Origin: a virus
IMG/VR virus record: IMGVR_UViG_3300009159_000033
Length of the DNA stretch: 64,000 bases
Strand: one strand, 5' to 3'
Every line of letters begins with the position of its first letter. Positions within the stretch are counted from its first letter, which is position 1. Of the stretch, positions 1 through 10,430 are shown one piece after another. Made by a program: the position numbers and the translations under genes. The notes below the pieces were generated by a model. The model had not been told where the DNA came from and did no database searches. It saw only the letters and a program-made list of their open reading frames with translations.

Positions 1-10
1 AAGTAAGTAA

Positions 11-844
11 ATGATTATTGACGCATGGGGGCAAGAGTTCGCCACAAAGTATGGTAATACTTTACCTAAAAGCTATTTGTGTTTCGACACGGAGTTTACA
101 GGTAGTAGCGAACAAACTGATCTGATTATGGAAATTGGGCACACAATGGTTGAGGATGGCAGAGTTGTTGATCAACTTAGTCTTGTCCTTAACTGGTATG
201 ATCATCCTTCTATTACAGAGGATTGGTTAGACTACAAGCTGAACACCATGCGATCTATCGTAGGTGAAGGCTGGCAATTGCTCCCAGCCCATGTGAAGAA
301 AACTGGTATCAATCCTATACAAGCCTTACAATTCTATTACAAGTTGTTTGATGCGTGGAACAATAGAAATCTTCCATTTGTGGCTCAGAATGGGCAGAAC
401 GCAGATGAAAGGTTGCTGCGTGGTAACTTTAATAGGTTCTTAAATAAAGGGTTTGAATTACCTTCTGATAATTACTTTGATATAGGTGGCATTTATAAGG
501 CTACGCAGATATGGGAATCATCAAGCCCTAACTGTGCTAACTTACGAATGGCTGTATTACCTTATAGGTCAGACGACTTAAAAAGTTATTTCAAACGAGT
601 AATTGGAATAAAAGTAGCTGGAATCAAATGGTCATTACCACTAATACTAGAACAGTATGGGTTGATAGCTAAGCATAGTGTTTCTCCGGAGCAGATGCAT
701 AGTGCTGGTTTTGACTCATTATGTTTACATTGGATTATGGAAGAATTTAGAACACAGACAAAGAATCAGAAGGAGCTAAGGCCCAAGTCTTCGCAATCTG
801 ATATGGGGCAGCGTAACTCAACACGGCGACAACGCTTAATATGA
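11..844 (+). CDS. DEDDh 3'-5' exonuclease (DnaQ/DNA pol III epsilon-like)
   Basis: ExoI CFDTEFTG, ExoII-like AQNGQNAD, ExoIII HSAGFD motifs. Confidence 0.7.
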   Translation: MIIDAWGQEFATKYGNTLPKSYLCFDTEFTGSSEQTDLIMEIGHTMVEDGRVVDQLSLVLNWYDHPSITEDWLDYKLNTMRSIVGEGWQLLPAHVKKTGINPIQALQFYYKLFDAWNNRNLPFVAQNGQNADERLLRGNFNRFLNKGFELPSDNYFDIGGIYKATQIWESSSPNCANLRMAVLPYRSDDLKSYFKRVIGIKVAGIKWSLPLILEQYGLIAKHSVSPEQMHSAGFDSLCLHWIMEEFRTQTKNQKELRPKSSQSDMGQRNSTRRQRLI

Positions 845-858
845 AAGGAAATATAGAT

Positions 859-1257
859 ATGGCAAAACGGAAAAATTCTCGCAACAAAGGGGCGGTAGGA
901 GAACGAGAATTAGCAGCAGAACTAAATAAGTTATTTGGAGCAAAGGCCCGAAGAGGGCAGCAATATAGCGGATTAGAGGGAGAAGATGTTGTTGGGCTAG
1001 ACGGTATACATGTAGAGTGCAAACGAGTTGAGAAATTAAATATTTATGAAGCAGTAGAACAAGCTGTTACTGACTCAAAGTCTGTTAAAATTCCTGCAGT
1101 GTTTCACCGTAGGAATCACAAGCCTTGGTTGGTGACAGTTCGCTTAGATGATATTGAAGCTTTCTCTATCGCACTACAAAAAGTGCTGTCTCAACAAAAA
1201 CCCGCAATTAATTTATTTGAAGCTAATGTAGCAGAGCTGATGAAACAAATGTTGTAA
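859..1257 (+). CDS. Holliday junction resolvase-like PD-(D/E)XK nuclease
   Basis: SRNKGAVGERE...DVVG...IHVECKR; start moved to ATG 859 after SD aaagga. Confidence 0.7.
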   Translation: MAKRKNSRNKGAVGERELAAELNKLFGAKARRGQQYSGLEGEDVVGLDGIHVECKRVEKLNIYEAVEQAVTDSKSVKIPAVFHRRNHKPWLVTVRLDDIEAFSIALQKVLSQQKPAINLFEANVAELMKQML

Positions 1258-1278
1258 ATGATGTTAGTTAATTTATTT

Positions 1279-1294
1279 TAAAATCCGGATTTTA
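1279..1294. promoter_or_regulatory. 16-bp palindromic site, perfect copy TAAAATCCGGATTTTA
   Basis: Intergenic, 12 nt before ATG 1307; member of the TAAAWTCYRGAWTTDA family. Confidence 0.75.
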
Positions 1295-1306
1295 GAAAGG
1301 ATTAGA

Positions 1307-2431
1307 ATGTCAGAAGAAATCAAACCTACAGAACCAGAGGCTAACCCAGTTGCTGAAGCAATTGACCCACAGCTGGTTACCGACATAGAATTAGTTGCAG
1401 CTGTTGCTAATAAATTAGTAGGTAGCCATCCTGGTTTCACCCAGCTCATTGCAAGTATGCTGGCGTCTAGACAATTATATGCCATGTGCCTTTATGAGCT
1501 AGATTGGCTTTGTCGAGATACTGATTTTAGTGCGGTAGACACGGCCCTTGCTGACATGACGGATCAGCAGAGAATTATGTTTAAAGAAGTGCTAATTAAT
1601 GCAGCTGCGGTACAAGCCCAGCAGCCTTTTGATGAACAAGTGCTTTTTGCTGGAATGACTCAAACTGTATTCCCTTGGATGCAGACTGTAGTTAAAAAAC
1701 ACAGTGAGCATCAAGCTGCAGAGAAGAAGAAGGGGAACGAACAAAGAGAAGAGTTGCGTGTTTCTACTCCCATCAACCTTGGATTTCAATTTTATGCCGA
1801 AACCGAAGCAATTGAAACACATGCGATCAATCGGCATAAACCTGTTTTGTTGGTTGGCAAACAAGATGCAGTCCGTTGGCTATTGCATCGAATTACTGAA
1901 AGTGTTTTAACTCCTGCAAGTGGTGCAACGCAACTGACTAGGCTGCTAGAAGGTGCACCTAAAATTACGGACTCGCATCTAGTTAACATTCCCAAAGATG
2001 TGTGGGAGAACTGTGCAAGCAGTAATACAGGCTTTCAAAAGATATATGACTTTTTTGTTTATCCCAAGCTTAATGAACCGGTAGATCTACTGATAGTGGA
2101 TAACTTGTTGCAAACTTGCAAAGGTATGACTTCTATACCTATTACAAGTATCGCTAACGAGGCACAGCGTAGATTTAAAAACTGGGGAGAAAAAGCTGGA
2201 GCTTTAGTTCTTGGCTGCATTCCTTTAGACAGAGAGCTACGAGCAAATGAGCTAAATGGCACAGAGTACGAAACTCTAAGAGTTCATAATATTATTCGAG
2301 GAGTGGTAGCAGAACCTTGCGTAATCAATGATGCTCCTCATTTTAAAATATGTGTAGGTCAGCACGAAGTTGCACAAATTCCAGCTGCAGAGCTAGAAGC
2401 TTTTCACTTTAGTAAAATTATTACAGCTTAG
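1307..2431 (+). CDS. Hypothetical protein, possibly with a degenerate RecA/DnaB-like C-terminal domain
   Basis: Long ORF with SD; PVLLVGK strand without a GKT motif and Walker-B-like DLLIVDNL. Confidence 0.35.
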   Translation: MSEEIKPTEPEANPVAEAIDPQLVTDIELVAAVANKLVGSHPGFTQLIASMLASRQLYAMCLYELDWLCRDTDFSAVDTALADMTDQQRIMFKEVLINAAAVQAQQPFDEQVLFAGMTQTVFPWMQTVVKKHSEHQAAEKKKGNEQREELRVSTPINLGFQFYAETEAIETHAINRHKPVLLVGKQDAVRWLLHRITESVLTPASGATQLTRLLEGAPKITDSHLVNIPKDVWENCASSNTGFQKIYDFFVYPKLNEPVDLLIVDNLLQTCKGMTSIPITSIANEAQRRFKNWGEKAGALVLGCIPLDRELRANELNGTEYETLRVHNIIRGVVAEPCVINDAPHFKICVGQHEVAQIPAAELEAFHFSKIITA

Positions 2432-2439
2432 GAGGGTTT

Positions 2440-3126
2440 ATGCGTGTATTTGTTAGCTGGGCAGATGTGTCAACTGCTGAAGAAGCAGAAACGGCACGAT
2501 TGGATTGGGTAGAAAAAGCTAAGAAATCTAAAGCTGTAGAAGACAAACAATTTGTAGCTACACTTTCCCCTACTTTATGCTTACCCGAGTACCATGAATA
2601 CCTACAGACGATAAAGCAACAAGAAGGAGCATTTGCACAATTAGACCCGCTTAACCGCAATATTCTCGCAATTCGATTTGTTGTCCCTGCCTTGGAAAAA
2701 GTAGTAACATATCAACTTGCTAAGCGAGTGCCCGGAGATAACAAGTTATCGGTCAGTTTGGCTGCTCGTGCTTTCCTACTAAATACATTTCCAGGGGAAT
2801 GGGTAGGCGAAGCAAATCCTAAGCATGTTGTGTTTGTAGGAATGCAGGGTTTAAAACATTTTATGCAAAGATTTGCATATGCATGTGGGGCACTCGGTCA
2901 AGCACTTCCTTCAAGTTTATGGTTTAACAGCCCACAAATAGAATTGGCAGATGCTATTTCCGCTCGAGAGCTGATAGATGCTTGTGCTTTTGTACAGTCA
3001 ACCATTGAAACCAAGCAGCCATACTTATCATTGACACAAGGTTGGATGGGCATAGGGGCTAGCGCAGACCGTGATAGCTCCTTACTATTAGCCACAGCTT
3101 TTAAGCTAGGGCTTGGTGGTGTTTAA
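2440..3126 (+). CDS. Hypothetical protein
   Basis: 228-aa ORF, SD ggaggg, packed in operon. Confidence 0.6.
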   Translation: MRVFVSWADVSTAEEAETARLDWVEKAKKSKAVEDKQFVATLSPTLCLPEYHEYLQTIKQQEGAFAQLDPLNRNILAIRFVVPALEKVVTYQLAKRVPGDNKLSVSLAARAFLLNTFPGEWVGEANPKHVVFVGMQGLKHFMQRFAYACGALGQALPSSLWFNSPQIELADAISARELIDACAFVQSTIETKQPYLSLTQGWMGIGASADRDSSLLLATAFKLGLGGV

Positions 3127-3129
3127 ACT

Positions 3130-3831
3130 ATGGACTCACCGGCTAAACCACAAGATGATAAGTTTTATGAGTTTAAAGCATTTCGTGTGCCAAAGTATCG
3201 AATAGAATTTCAACGAGCAGGGAAGCTCGAAGATATTCCCGGATATGTTTGGTACACGCCTGCTGCCTTATATCTGTATGGCAGATATACAGATACAAAT
3301 TTGGCAGATTTAGTGCAGCTGCATAATTTAAAAATCTTTTGGTACAAGTTTGAAAAACCAATCTTTAATGGGTTCAAGTTTAATGAAGATCCCAGCTGGA
3401 ATCATGTATTATGGGCTGCGAGCACTGAACAATGGAGTAAGTTAGTGGACGGCATTTTAGAATCTGTCCAATTTGATCTTAAAAATTCAAAGCTTTATCA
3501 ATATGCTTTGCAGCAGTTAACCATATATGATCCTTTGTCTGTAGATAACAAGCGTATTGTGTCAGAACTTACTCCTACAATAAAAGTACATGCTTTTGCA
3601 GTGTTGAGCAATGAAAAGCAATATGCTTTTGATGTTCGAAATAAAGATGTGCGATTGCTTCCGGCTATGTCTAGTTTTAAGCCAGATCCTTTGCATGTAA
3701 TGGCAGCACAGCGTCTTTTTTCTTCTCCGAATATGACTCAAGATAAAGCTTTTAATCGTTACAAAGAAATCTTAGTTAGCGAGCAAGATGCTGAGTTTCG
3801 TAAAAAGAATATGAAGAAAGGAACATCATGA
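3130..3831 (+). CDS. Hypothetical protein
   Basis: 233-aa ORF, packed in operon. Confidence 0.6.
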   Translation: MDSPAKPQDDKFYEFKAFRVPKYRIEFQRAGKLEDIPGYVWYTPAALYLYGRYTDTNLADLVQLHNLKIFWYKFEKPIFNGFKFNEDPSWNHVLWAASTEQWSKLVDGILESVQFDLKNSKLYQYALQQLTIYDPLSVDNKRIVSELTPTIKVHAFAVLSNEKQYAFDVRNKDVRLLPAMSSFKPDPLHVMAAQRLFSSPNMTQDKAFNRYKEILVSEQDAEFRKKNMKKGTS

Positions 3832-4067
3832 GTAAGTCTGTAGATTTTCCATTACAATCTTTGCGACAGTTTATGCTGCCGGATCAAACTGTGCAGTTAA
3901 AGACTTTTCAAGCAAAAGACATACAACAGTTAGATATTCAAATTAATGCTTGGGTGCAAAAGACCAAAAGCATTATTGCAGTGCCTGGACCTTTGGTAAC
4001 TAATGCAGAAGGCGTAGCGTTAAGCTTAACATTTGTAGACGCAGCAGAAGGGATATCCAATGGCTAA
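3828..4067 (+). CDS. Small hypothetical protein
   Basis: ATGA overlap with upstream stop, SD aaagga. Confidence 0.55.
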   Translation: MSKSVDFPLQSLRQFMLPDQTVQLKTFQAKDIQQLDIQINAWVQKTKSIIAVPGPLVTNAEGVALSLTFVDAAEGISNG

Positions 4068-4653
4068 GGTTAACAACGAAAAGTGGGAAGCTTATAAAGT
4101 TTCTATTCCCGGCCTAGAATCTCTGTTAAAGCCAGCACTTACAGCCCCATCTGACTCAGACATAGAATATAACTCTTTAACAGAGAAACTGCCTTCAGAT
4201 GTACTTGCACAGATGCAAGACACAAAACAGGGAGCTAACGAACAAGTGTGGGGGGCTAGCATAGCACATCACTGGTGCTTATGTGATATGCAAGAAGGGG
4301 ATTTTCCCAGAGTACATATCTACCCAAACTTGCAAAGCTTAACCGAAGCTATAGCTAAACGAGAAGGAAAAGAAACTGCTGTTTGGGCAATGTATGGTAT
4401 ACCTTTACAGTTGACTAAGCCAATCCTCAAACCTAATGGGGATAAGCAGCGTTATTTGTTGTTACCTAATCAAATGGCGGTTACTGTGGGAAGTAAAGAA
4501 GATTATAGAATGATGGAGCAATCATTATTGCCCGCTACGACTTTGGAAGAAACTGGATGGCTTGGCAATCCTTTGTACTTAGAATCACAACAGTTTTACA
4601 CGCCTGGCTTTGTGGATGATGACCAGTTTTCAGAAGAGCCAGACGAAGACTAA
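4060..4653 (+). CDS. Hypothetical protein with acidic C-terminus
   Basis: 197-aa ORF overlapping the previous stop. Confidence 0.6.
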   Translation: MAKVNNEKWEAYKVSIPGLESLLKPALTAPSDSDIEYNSLTEKLPSDVLAQMQDTKQGANEQVWGASIAHHWCLCDMQEGDFPRVHIYPNLQSLTEAIAKREGKETAVWAMYGIPLQLTKPILKPNGDKQRYLLLPNQMAVTVGSKEDYRMMEQSLLPATTLEETGWLGNPLYLESQQFYTPGFVDDDQFSEEPDED

Positions 4654-4682
4654 CTCTTTTTTTTAGCTATTGGACAACAATT

Positions 4683-5669
4683 ATGGCGGATAACTCAGTC
4701 AGATCTAATACCCCAGACCCTACACGCTACCACGCTAACCAGTCTGGTATGACTGGTACTATGATACCGAGGTCGGGGATGGATGGCCAATCTTTAGGAT
4801 TTGATCCTAATCAGCCTCAAACTGTAATAGTAGATCCTGGGGTAGAAGGTGGTGGTTTTGTTTTAGATTTAAAAGCTGCATCTTCTTCCCGACCTCAGTT
4901 TAATGCCGAGGCAAGGCGTAGCAATGTAATTAACGATGTGCATTCGTTTTACAAAGGGCTGAGCCAGCAGGTGGCGGTAGACGAAAAGATAACCCATAAT
5001 GAAAAGGAACTGCTTGTGGACGAACCTCTTAAACCTTTAAACTTTTCTGCACCAAGCAACGATTTTGAAGAAACTTCTCAACCTCAAATTGAAAACAATC
5101 CAACTGTTAAGCTTGCTGAAGAAATTCAAAACTTGCTGCAAGCTGAGTTACCTAGAGTGCAAGACACACGAACAAAAGTACAAAATCGTAGAATGGAAGT
5201 AGAAGCGTCGATTGCGGCTATATCTTCAAAATCTACTCCGCAGCAATTATCTGACCAAACCAATCTATTAAATGCACTCGTGGGCAGAGTAAATAGGTTA
5301 AGTGCTGCTTCTGCTGAAAACAAAGAAATGCCAGATTCGATTCAAACAGCATTTTCTAAGTTACAAATTCCATTCTTTTCTGGGGTCAAACCAGAAAGAC
5401 CACAATATGAAGTCTATTTTGAAATGGCAAAGTTGGGTACAATATCTGCAAGGTATCACGCAGTGATTGCCGGTGATGCTTGTGTTGCGCTGGTTTATGA
5501 CACTAGATTTGAAGATGGTTTTCAATATTTACCGCCCAATCTAGGTGAAGAGCAGATTATGGTTTCTGTCCCAAAGACAAAAGAAACTTATTCATGTTCA
5601 TCACTTGGGTTACACTGGTCGCTTGGTTGTTTAGATGTAGTTATTTTAATTAGATATAAGGAGGATTAG
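4683..5669 (+). CDS. Hypothetical protein upstream of the portal
   Basis: 328-aa ORF; disordered N-half, beta-rich C-terminal domain. Confidence 0.6.
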   Translation: MADNSVRSNTPDPTRYHANQSGMTGTMIPRSGMDGQSLGFDPNQPQTVIVDPGVEGGGFVLDLKAASSSRPQFNAEARRSNVINDVHSFYKGLSQQVAVDEKITHNEKELLVDEPLKPLNFSAPSNDFEETSQPQIENNPTVKLAEEIQNLLQAELPRVQDTRTKVQNRRMEVEASIAAISSKSTPQQLSDQTNLLNALVGRVNRLSAASAENKEMPDSIQTAFSKLQIPFFSGVKPERPQYEVYFEMAKLGTISARYHAVIAGDACVALVYDTRFEDGFQYLPPNLGEEQIMVSVPKTKETYSCSSLGLHWSLGCLDVVILIRYKED

Positions 5670-5673
5670 TACA

Positions 5674-5883
5674 ATGGAAAAGAATGGAGCTATTAACGCA
5701 AACACACCTAGGTGTGGCGGTGGCTGTAGTTGCGGTGGCAACTGTAGCTGCAAAGCTAAAACAGCTAGTGCAAAACAACTTTTGTTATTTCCAGAGACTA
5801 ACGAAGTTGCAGACAACCTAGATCAAGATTTGATTAAACAAGCAGTAGAAATAGTTAAAGTGAATAGTAATCCAGCTCATTGA
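5674..5883 (+). CDS. Small Cys-cluster protein
   Basis: RCGGGCSCGGNCSC cluster; SD gagga. Confidence 0.5.
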   Translation: MEKNGAINANTPRCGGGCSCGGNCSCKAKTASAKQLLLFPETNEVADNLDQDLIKQAVEIVKVNSNPAH

Positions 5884-5916
5884 TTAGCTGTGCATAATTG
5901 CTAGGGGGAAACAGTA

Positions 5917-7812
5917 ATGTCAATGATGTCTTCGGGCAGCCCATTCTTTAATCGTAGCACCACTAACACTGGTTTTGCTGACCCTTTCAATGACATAGCC
6001 ACTACGCAGATGCCGACTACTATGAAGTCGGCACTGTGGTGGTCTGAATACATTTGGACGGTGCAAGGTACCTACCGCATGGCAATGGAACGCATTGTCA
6101 GCTATTTCATCACAGATATTGAGATAGGTGGCGATGTAAGCGATGACGAGAAAACTAAATATTCTGATTTTTTAAATAAACAATTAAATGTATTAGCTTT
6201 TCTTGGTCAGCTTATGCGAGACCGTCTTTGTTATGGTAATTCCTTTGCTAGCGTAGTTGTTCCATTTCGTAGATTTCTGCGTAATCCAAAAACTGGGGAT
6301 ATCTACCCACTCAAGTATGTATTTGATAACTTTGATTTTAAGTTTACAGAAGACTTTAAGTTTGAAGCCACTTGCCCAAAAACTAAATGGCGTGGTGCTT
6401 GGATCGTAGAAGACAAGGCAAGAGAAGAATCTAAACATGTGATTCTAAAGCGATGGAGTCCTCATGAGATAGAAATTTTACATGATCCATATACGGATGA
6501 AGTTGCCTACTTGTGGCGTATCCCCGAGTACTATAAGAAAATGGTAAAAGATGGAAATCTGTTTCATTTAGAACGAGCGAGTAAACAAGTCCTTGAAGCT
6601 ATTCGCACAGACAAATTGTTTAGGTTCAACCCAGATGCTGTCTTTCACATGAAAGAGCCAACTTTGGCAGGTATCCGCAACCTTGGCTGGGGTCTTCCCC
6701 GCAGTTTAACCAACTATCGTCAAATATGGTATGTACAGGTTCTTCGTAGATACAACGAAGCAATTGCCTTGGACTATGTTATTCCATTCCGTCTAATCAC
6801 TCCCGCTGCACGCAGTGGTGGTTCTAATGCAGGTAGCGTAGCCACACAAGACCCGATGTCTATTTACTCAGCGGGGGACTTCCGCTCTCAAGTTAGACAA
6901 ATGATCAATAGACGCAGACGGGATCCAGCAGCTTGGCAGCTTCTGCCTTTCCCAGTCAATTATCAGATCCTTGGTGGTGACGCTAAACAGCTAGCTCCTA
7001 CAGAGTTGATACAGCAAGGCACTGAAGAACTATTAAATGAGTGTGGTACTCCTGTAGAGTTCTATCAAGGTTCTTTGTCGCTACAAGCTGCACCTGTGGC
7101 TCTTCGCCTTTTTGAAAGCACCCATCGTCAGTTAGTTACAGATGCAAACACTTTCTTGCAGTGGATGGTTACTACCCTTAGTCAAATTATGTCTTGGGAA
7201 TCTGTAGAGTGTAGCTTACAGAGAGTTACCACTGCAGATGATATGCAGAAACAAATGGCTGCGTTGCAGTTAATGATGGGTCAGCAGTTGTCTGGCACAA
7301 CAGGGCTTCGTGCTATGGGTTATAGTTGGGATTCCGAACAGAAGCTACTCGCAGAAGAAGCAAGCAAACAGCAAAAGATGCAAGCTCGACAAGCTGAAGA
7401 AGCAGAGCAAGCTGGATTCGCTGCACAAGTATCTAAAGGTGTTAATCCAGAAGCTGGGGCGGGTGCTCCTCCCGCTGGTGGTGCTCCTCCAGCCGGTGGC
7501 GGTCCTGCCCCAGCGGGTGCTGGTGGTGCGCTTGGTGGTGGTGTTCCAACGCCTGTTACCACTTATTTGCAATCAATGGGTCCAAATGCAGCTATTACCC
7601 CTAATGACTTACAATCAACCGCAGAACAGCTAGCTCAAGAGTTGTTAGGCATTCCTGAATCAATCAAAGATTCAGAACTGCGTAAACTTAAGCAAAATAA
7701 TGCTACGCTGCATTCGATTACGCGCACCAAGCTAGACGAAGCTCGCCAGAAGATGAAAGCACAGGGCGGAGCTATGTTGCAGCAACAGCTGCAGCAAGGT
7801 GGCGGAGGTTAA
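5917..7812 (+). CDS. Probable portal protein with a Gly/Pro/Gln-rich C-terminal tail
   Basis: Portal-like segments LMRDRLCYGNSF, RWSPHEI, VFHMK...GWGLP; size 631 aa. Confidence 0.6.
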   Translation: MSMMSSGSPFFNRSTTNTGFADPFNDIATTQMPTTMKSALWWSEYIWTVQGTYRMAMERIVSYFITDIEIGGDVSDDEKTKYSDFLNKQLNVLAFLGQLMRDRLCYGNSFASVVVPFRRFLRNPKTGDIYPLKYVFDNFDFKFTEDFKFEATCPKTKWRGAWIVEDKAREESKHVILKRWSPHEIEILHDPYTDEVAYLWRIPEYYKKMVKDGNLFHLERASKQVLEAIRTDKLFRFNPDAVFHMKEPTLAGIRNLGWGLPRSLTNYRQIWYVQVLRRYNEAIALDYVIPFRLITPAARSGGSNAGSVATQDPMSIYSAGDFRSQVRQMINRRRRDPAAWQLLPFPVNYQILGGDAKQLAPTELIQQGTEELLNECGTPVEFYQGSLSLQAAPVALRLFESTHRQLVTDANTFLQWMVTTLSQIMSWESVECSLQRVTTADDMQKQMAALQLMMGQQLSGTTGLRAMGYSWDSEQKLLAEEASKQQKMQARQAEEAEQAGFAAQVSKGVNPEAGAGAPPAGGAPPAGGGPAPAGAGGALGGGVPTPVTTYLQSMGPNAAITPNDLQSTAEQLAQELLGIPESIKDSELRKLKQNNATLHSITRTKLDEARQKMKAQGGAMLQQQLQQGGGG

Positions 7813-7823
7813 AAAGAAAGATC

Positions 7824-8621
7824 GTGCCAAAAATTGGGTTTATTTGCCCTGTGTACAATGCTACGGTTTTTGCAAATTATACGCAAAAAGCTTTAAAATC
7901 TTTTTTTGATACTACTCCAGATGGTGTAGCTATCGTTGTAAACGATGGTTCAGCCGGGTGGAGTGATGCTTATGAGCAATCTTTATTAAAGCTAGCAGAT
8001 AGTTATCCTATTGTTTCTTTATACATTTTAAAATTTTACACATCTGGTGGCCTAACCCGAAGCTGGAATGCGGGGTTGGCTAAAGCTGCGGAACTCAACT
8101 TAGACTATGCCATTGCTGGTAATAATGACATAATTTTCTCAGATGGTTGGCATAAAGGAATGATACATGCGTTAGCCAATGGTTATTCGTTAGTAGGCCC
8201 AACTTCTAACGCACCTGGAGTTACAGCGAAAGGCAAGCAAAATATAGAGTTATATGTGCCTAATTACCAGCTCACCGATAATTTGATAGAGGTAAATAAG
8301 GTCGCAGCCCAATTGCAGCAATTGCATTTTAACGAAGTTTTAGAACGCAGTGTTAATGGGTTTTTCCTAATGGCAACTGTAGAATCATGGAATAATGGAA
8401 AATTTGACGAACATCATTTTTTCAGACCTAAAAACAAATATACATCTAAAGGAAAAGTTATCCCAACTCCCACGATGGTCGGGAATGAAGATGAACTGCA
8501 AGGAAGATGGGCTAAAAAAGGTATGAAATCTGGAATTGCTTTGAGCACTTTTATTTTTCATTATCGGTCTGTCTCTAGAGGAGACAAATATAAGAAAGGA
8601 AAATGGTATCGACAAGCATGA
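7824..8621 (+). CDS. Glycosyltransferase family 2 (GT-A)
   Basis: FICPVYN, VVNDGS, SWNAG, NNDIIF motifs. Confidence 0.75.
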   Translation: MPKIGFICPVYNATVFANYTQKALKSFFDTTPDGVAIVVNDGSAGWSDAYEQSLLKLADSYPIVSLYILKFYTSGGLTRSWNAGLAKAAELNLDYAIAGNNDIIFSDGWHKGMIHALANGYSLVGPTSNAPGVTAKGKQNIELYVPNYQLTDNLIEVNKVAAQLQQLHFNEVLERSVNGFFLMATVESWNNGKFDEHHFFRPKNKYTSKGKVIPTPTMVGNEDELQGRWAKKGMKSGIALSTFIFHYRSVSRGDKYKKGKWYRQA

Positions 8622-9346
8622 CTAAAACATTAATTTACAGCTGTATTGCAGGTGACTTCGAAGACGCTACAAAAGGCGTATTGTCTTCAATGGCTCCAAT
8701 GGAAAAAGATGCAGTATATGTATTATACACCGATCAAATAATTAAAAATGCTGTAAAAACAAATCAAAATTGTTTGCAATATCAGGTTCCAAATGGAAAT
8801 ATTCTTTGGCAAATTAAACCTTTAGTTTGGGAACATCCTTTTTGTAAAAGACGCACAGCTCGTTTTTGCAAAATTAACCCTCACATTTTTTGCGAAGATG
8901 AAATAACACACACTATATGGATGGATGGTACTCAAGTTATCAAAGAAAATATGGAACTAGCTAAAAATATGTTGCCATTATTAGGTGACAATTTCGTGGC
9001 TGCGTTTAAACATTATGAGCGTAATTGTATTTATCAAGAATTAAACATGTGCATAAAGTTAAAAAAAGATAACAAAACATTAATGCAGCAACAGATTGCA
9101 AAATATCAAAAAGAGAATTATCCCGCTTACAATGGTCTAGTTGAAACAGGTTGTTTGATACGCAAACAAGGAAAGGAAGCAGCTGAGTTTAATAACCATT
9201 GGTGGAATGAAATTACGCAGAACAGCTATAGAGATCAGTTAAGTTTTAATTATGTGATGTGGAAATATAATCAAAATTATAGTCTAATCCCAGAGCAACC
9301 TCGTAAATGTAAATTTTTCCATCATGTGTCGCACTCAAACAGATAA
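8618..9346 (+). CDS. DUF616-type glycosyltransferase-like protein
   Basis: KINPH, IWMDG, FKHYERNCIYQE, RDQLSFNYV motifs; ATGA overlap. Confidence 0.65.
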   Translation: MTKTLIYSCIAGDFEDATKGVLSSMAPMEKDAVYVLYTDQIIKNAVKTNQNCLQYQVPNGNILWQIKPLVWEHPFCKRRTARFCKINPHIFCEDEITHTIWMDGTQVIKENMELAKNMLPLLGDNFVAAFKHYERNCIYQELNMCIKLKKDNKTLMQQQIAKYQKENYPAYNGLVETGCLIRKQGKEAAEFNNHWWNEITQNSYRDQLSFNYVMWKYNQNYSLIPEQPRKCKFFHHVSHSNR

Positions 9347-9365
9347 TTCAAGCCTAGGAGTTATC

Positions 9366-10430
9366 ATGCTTAAAGTTGGAATTTTTGCACCTTATGTTCG
9401 CAATGAAACCACTTTAGCAGCTGTGCAGATAGCAGATTGGTTAATACGTTGTGGCATTGAAGTAGAGTTCCTAGCTGATGGCAAAGTCTCAAAAGGTATT
9501 CACCCAGTATGGGATAACAAGGTTAAGCGAGCAAATGAAGACTCAATTCACCATTGGGCTTTTCAAGCAACACATCTATGCTGGTTCAGTCCTAACCTAT
9601 GGGCATTACAAGAAGCTAAGTTGGTAAGTTCATTCAGCCCAAAGTATCAGACTCTTCATTACTATTTTCCTTATTGGGGTATGTGGAATGAATATAACTC
9701 AATATTCTTGAAAATGGCGGATCGAGTCATTTGTTTAAGTCATGACTTATCTAACTGGTTAGACAAGCATCAAGGTAAAGTGTTGCCTAACCGCACTTGG
9801 GCTAACTTAGTGGTTTCAGATAAGTTGTTGTCTCCGAAGAGTGGTTGGGTACAGCCTGGCATACAAAAATTCTTAATTGTCGTATCTAAATCAGTAAAAT
9901 TAGATTTAGGGCCAGAGCTACTCGACATATTTTATTCACTTTTAGACAATTACAGTGGGACTAGATTTACTTTTTTGTTAGAACATTCCATGCCCCGCAG
10001 ATATCGTACAGATATCAAAAACTTGCAGCAGGCTTACCCTAATCGAGTTGCTTGTGTGACTAGCCCGCCTTACTATGATTACAGTAATCTAGCACGGCAG
10101 CATGACTGGGTTTACATGGCTAGCACTCGTTATACTTATGGATCTGTGATGGCAGCCTTGGTTAGTAGTTCTTCAGTTTTGGCTTGTCATGACATTCCCC
10201 CAGTAGGAGCCCATGTAATAGATGATTCAAATGGTAAGTTAATTGTGTGTGGGCTAGATGAGCAGCCCGCTCCTATTGCTGAAGTGTCTTTAGATGATGT
10301 GGAAATCGCCTTATCAGAGTTAGCTGAGGTGCCCACAGAGCTGCTGGAGTCTATGCAATTAGTTACAGCAGAGTACATACGCAAGAAACAGAAAGCTTTT
10401 GAATGGTTCATTTGCAACGAGTTTGTGTGA
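9366..10430 (+). CDS. Possible GT-B-fold glycosyltransferase-like protein
   Basis: ADRVICLSHDL and LACHDIPPVG segments resemble GT4; operon context. Confidence 0.4.
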   Translation: MLKVGIFAPYVRNETTLAAVQIADWLIRCGIEVEFLADGKVSKGIHPVWDNKVKRANEDSIHHWAFQATHLCWFSPNLWALQEAKLVSSFSPKYQTLHYYFPYWGMWNEYNSIFLKMADRVICLSHDLSNWLDKHQGKVLPNRTWANLVVSDKLLSPKSGWVQPGIQKFLIVVSKSVKLDLGPELLDIFYSLLDNYSGTRFTFLLEHSMPRRYRTDIKNLQQAYPNRVACVTSPPYYDYSNLARQHDWVYMASTRYTYGSVMAALVSSSSVLACHDIPPVGAHVIDDSNGKLIVCGLDEQPAPIAEVSLDDVEIALSELAEVPTELLESMQLVTAEYIRKKQKAFEWFICNEFV

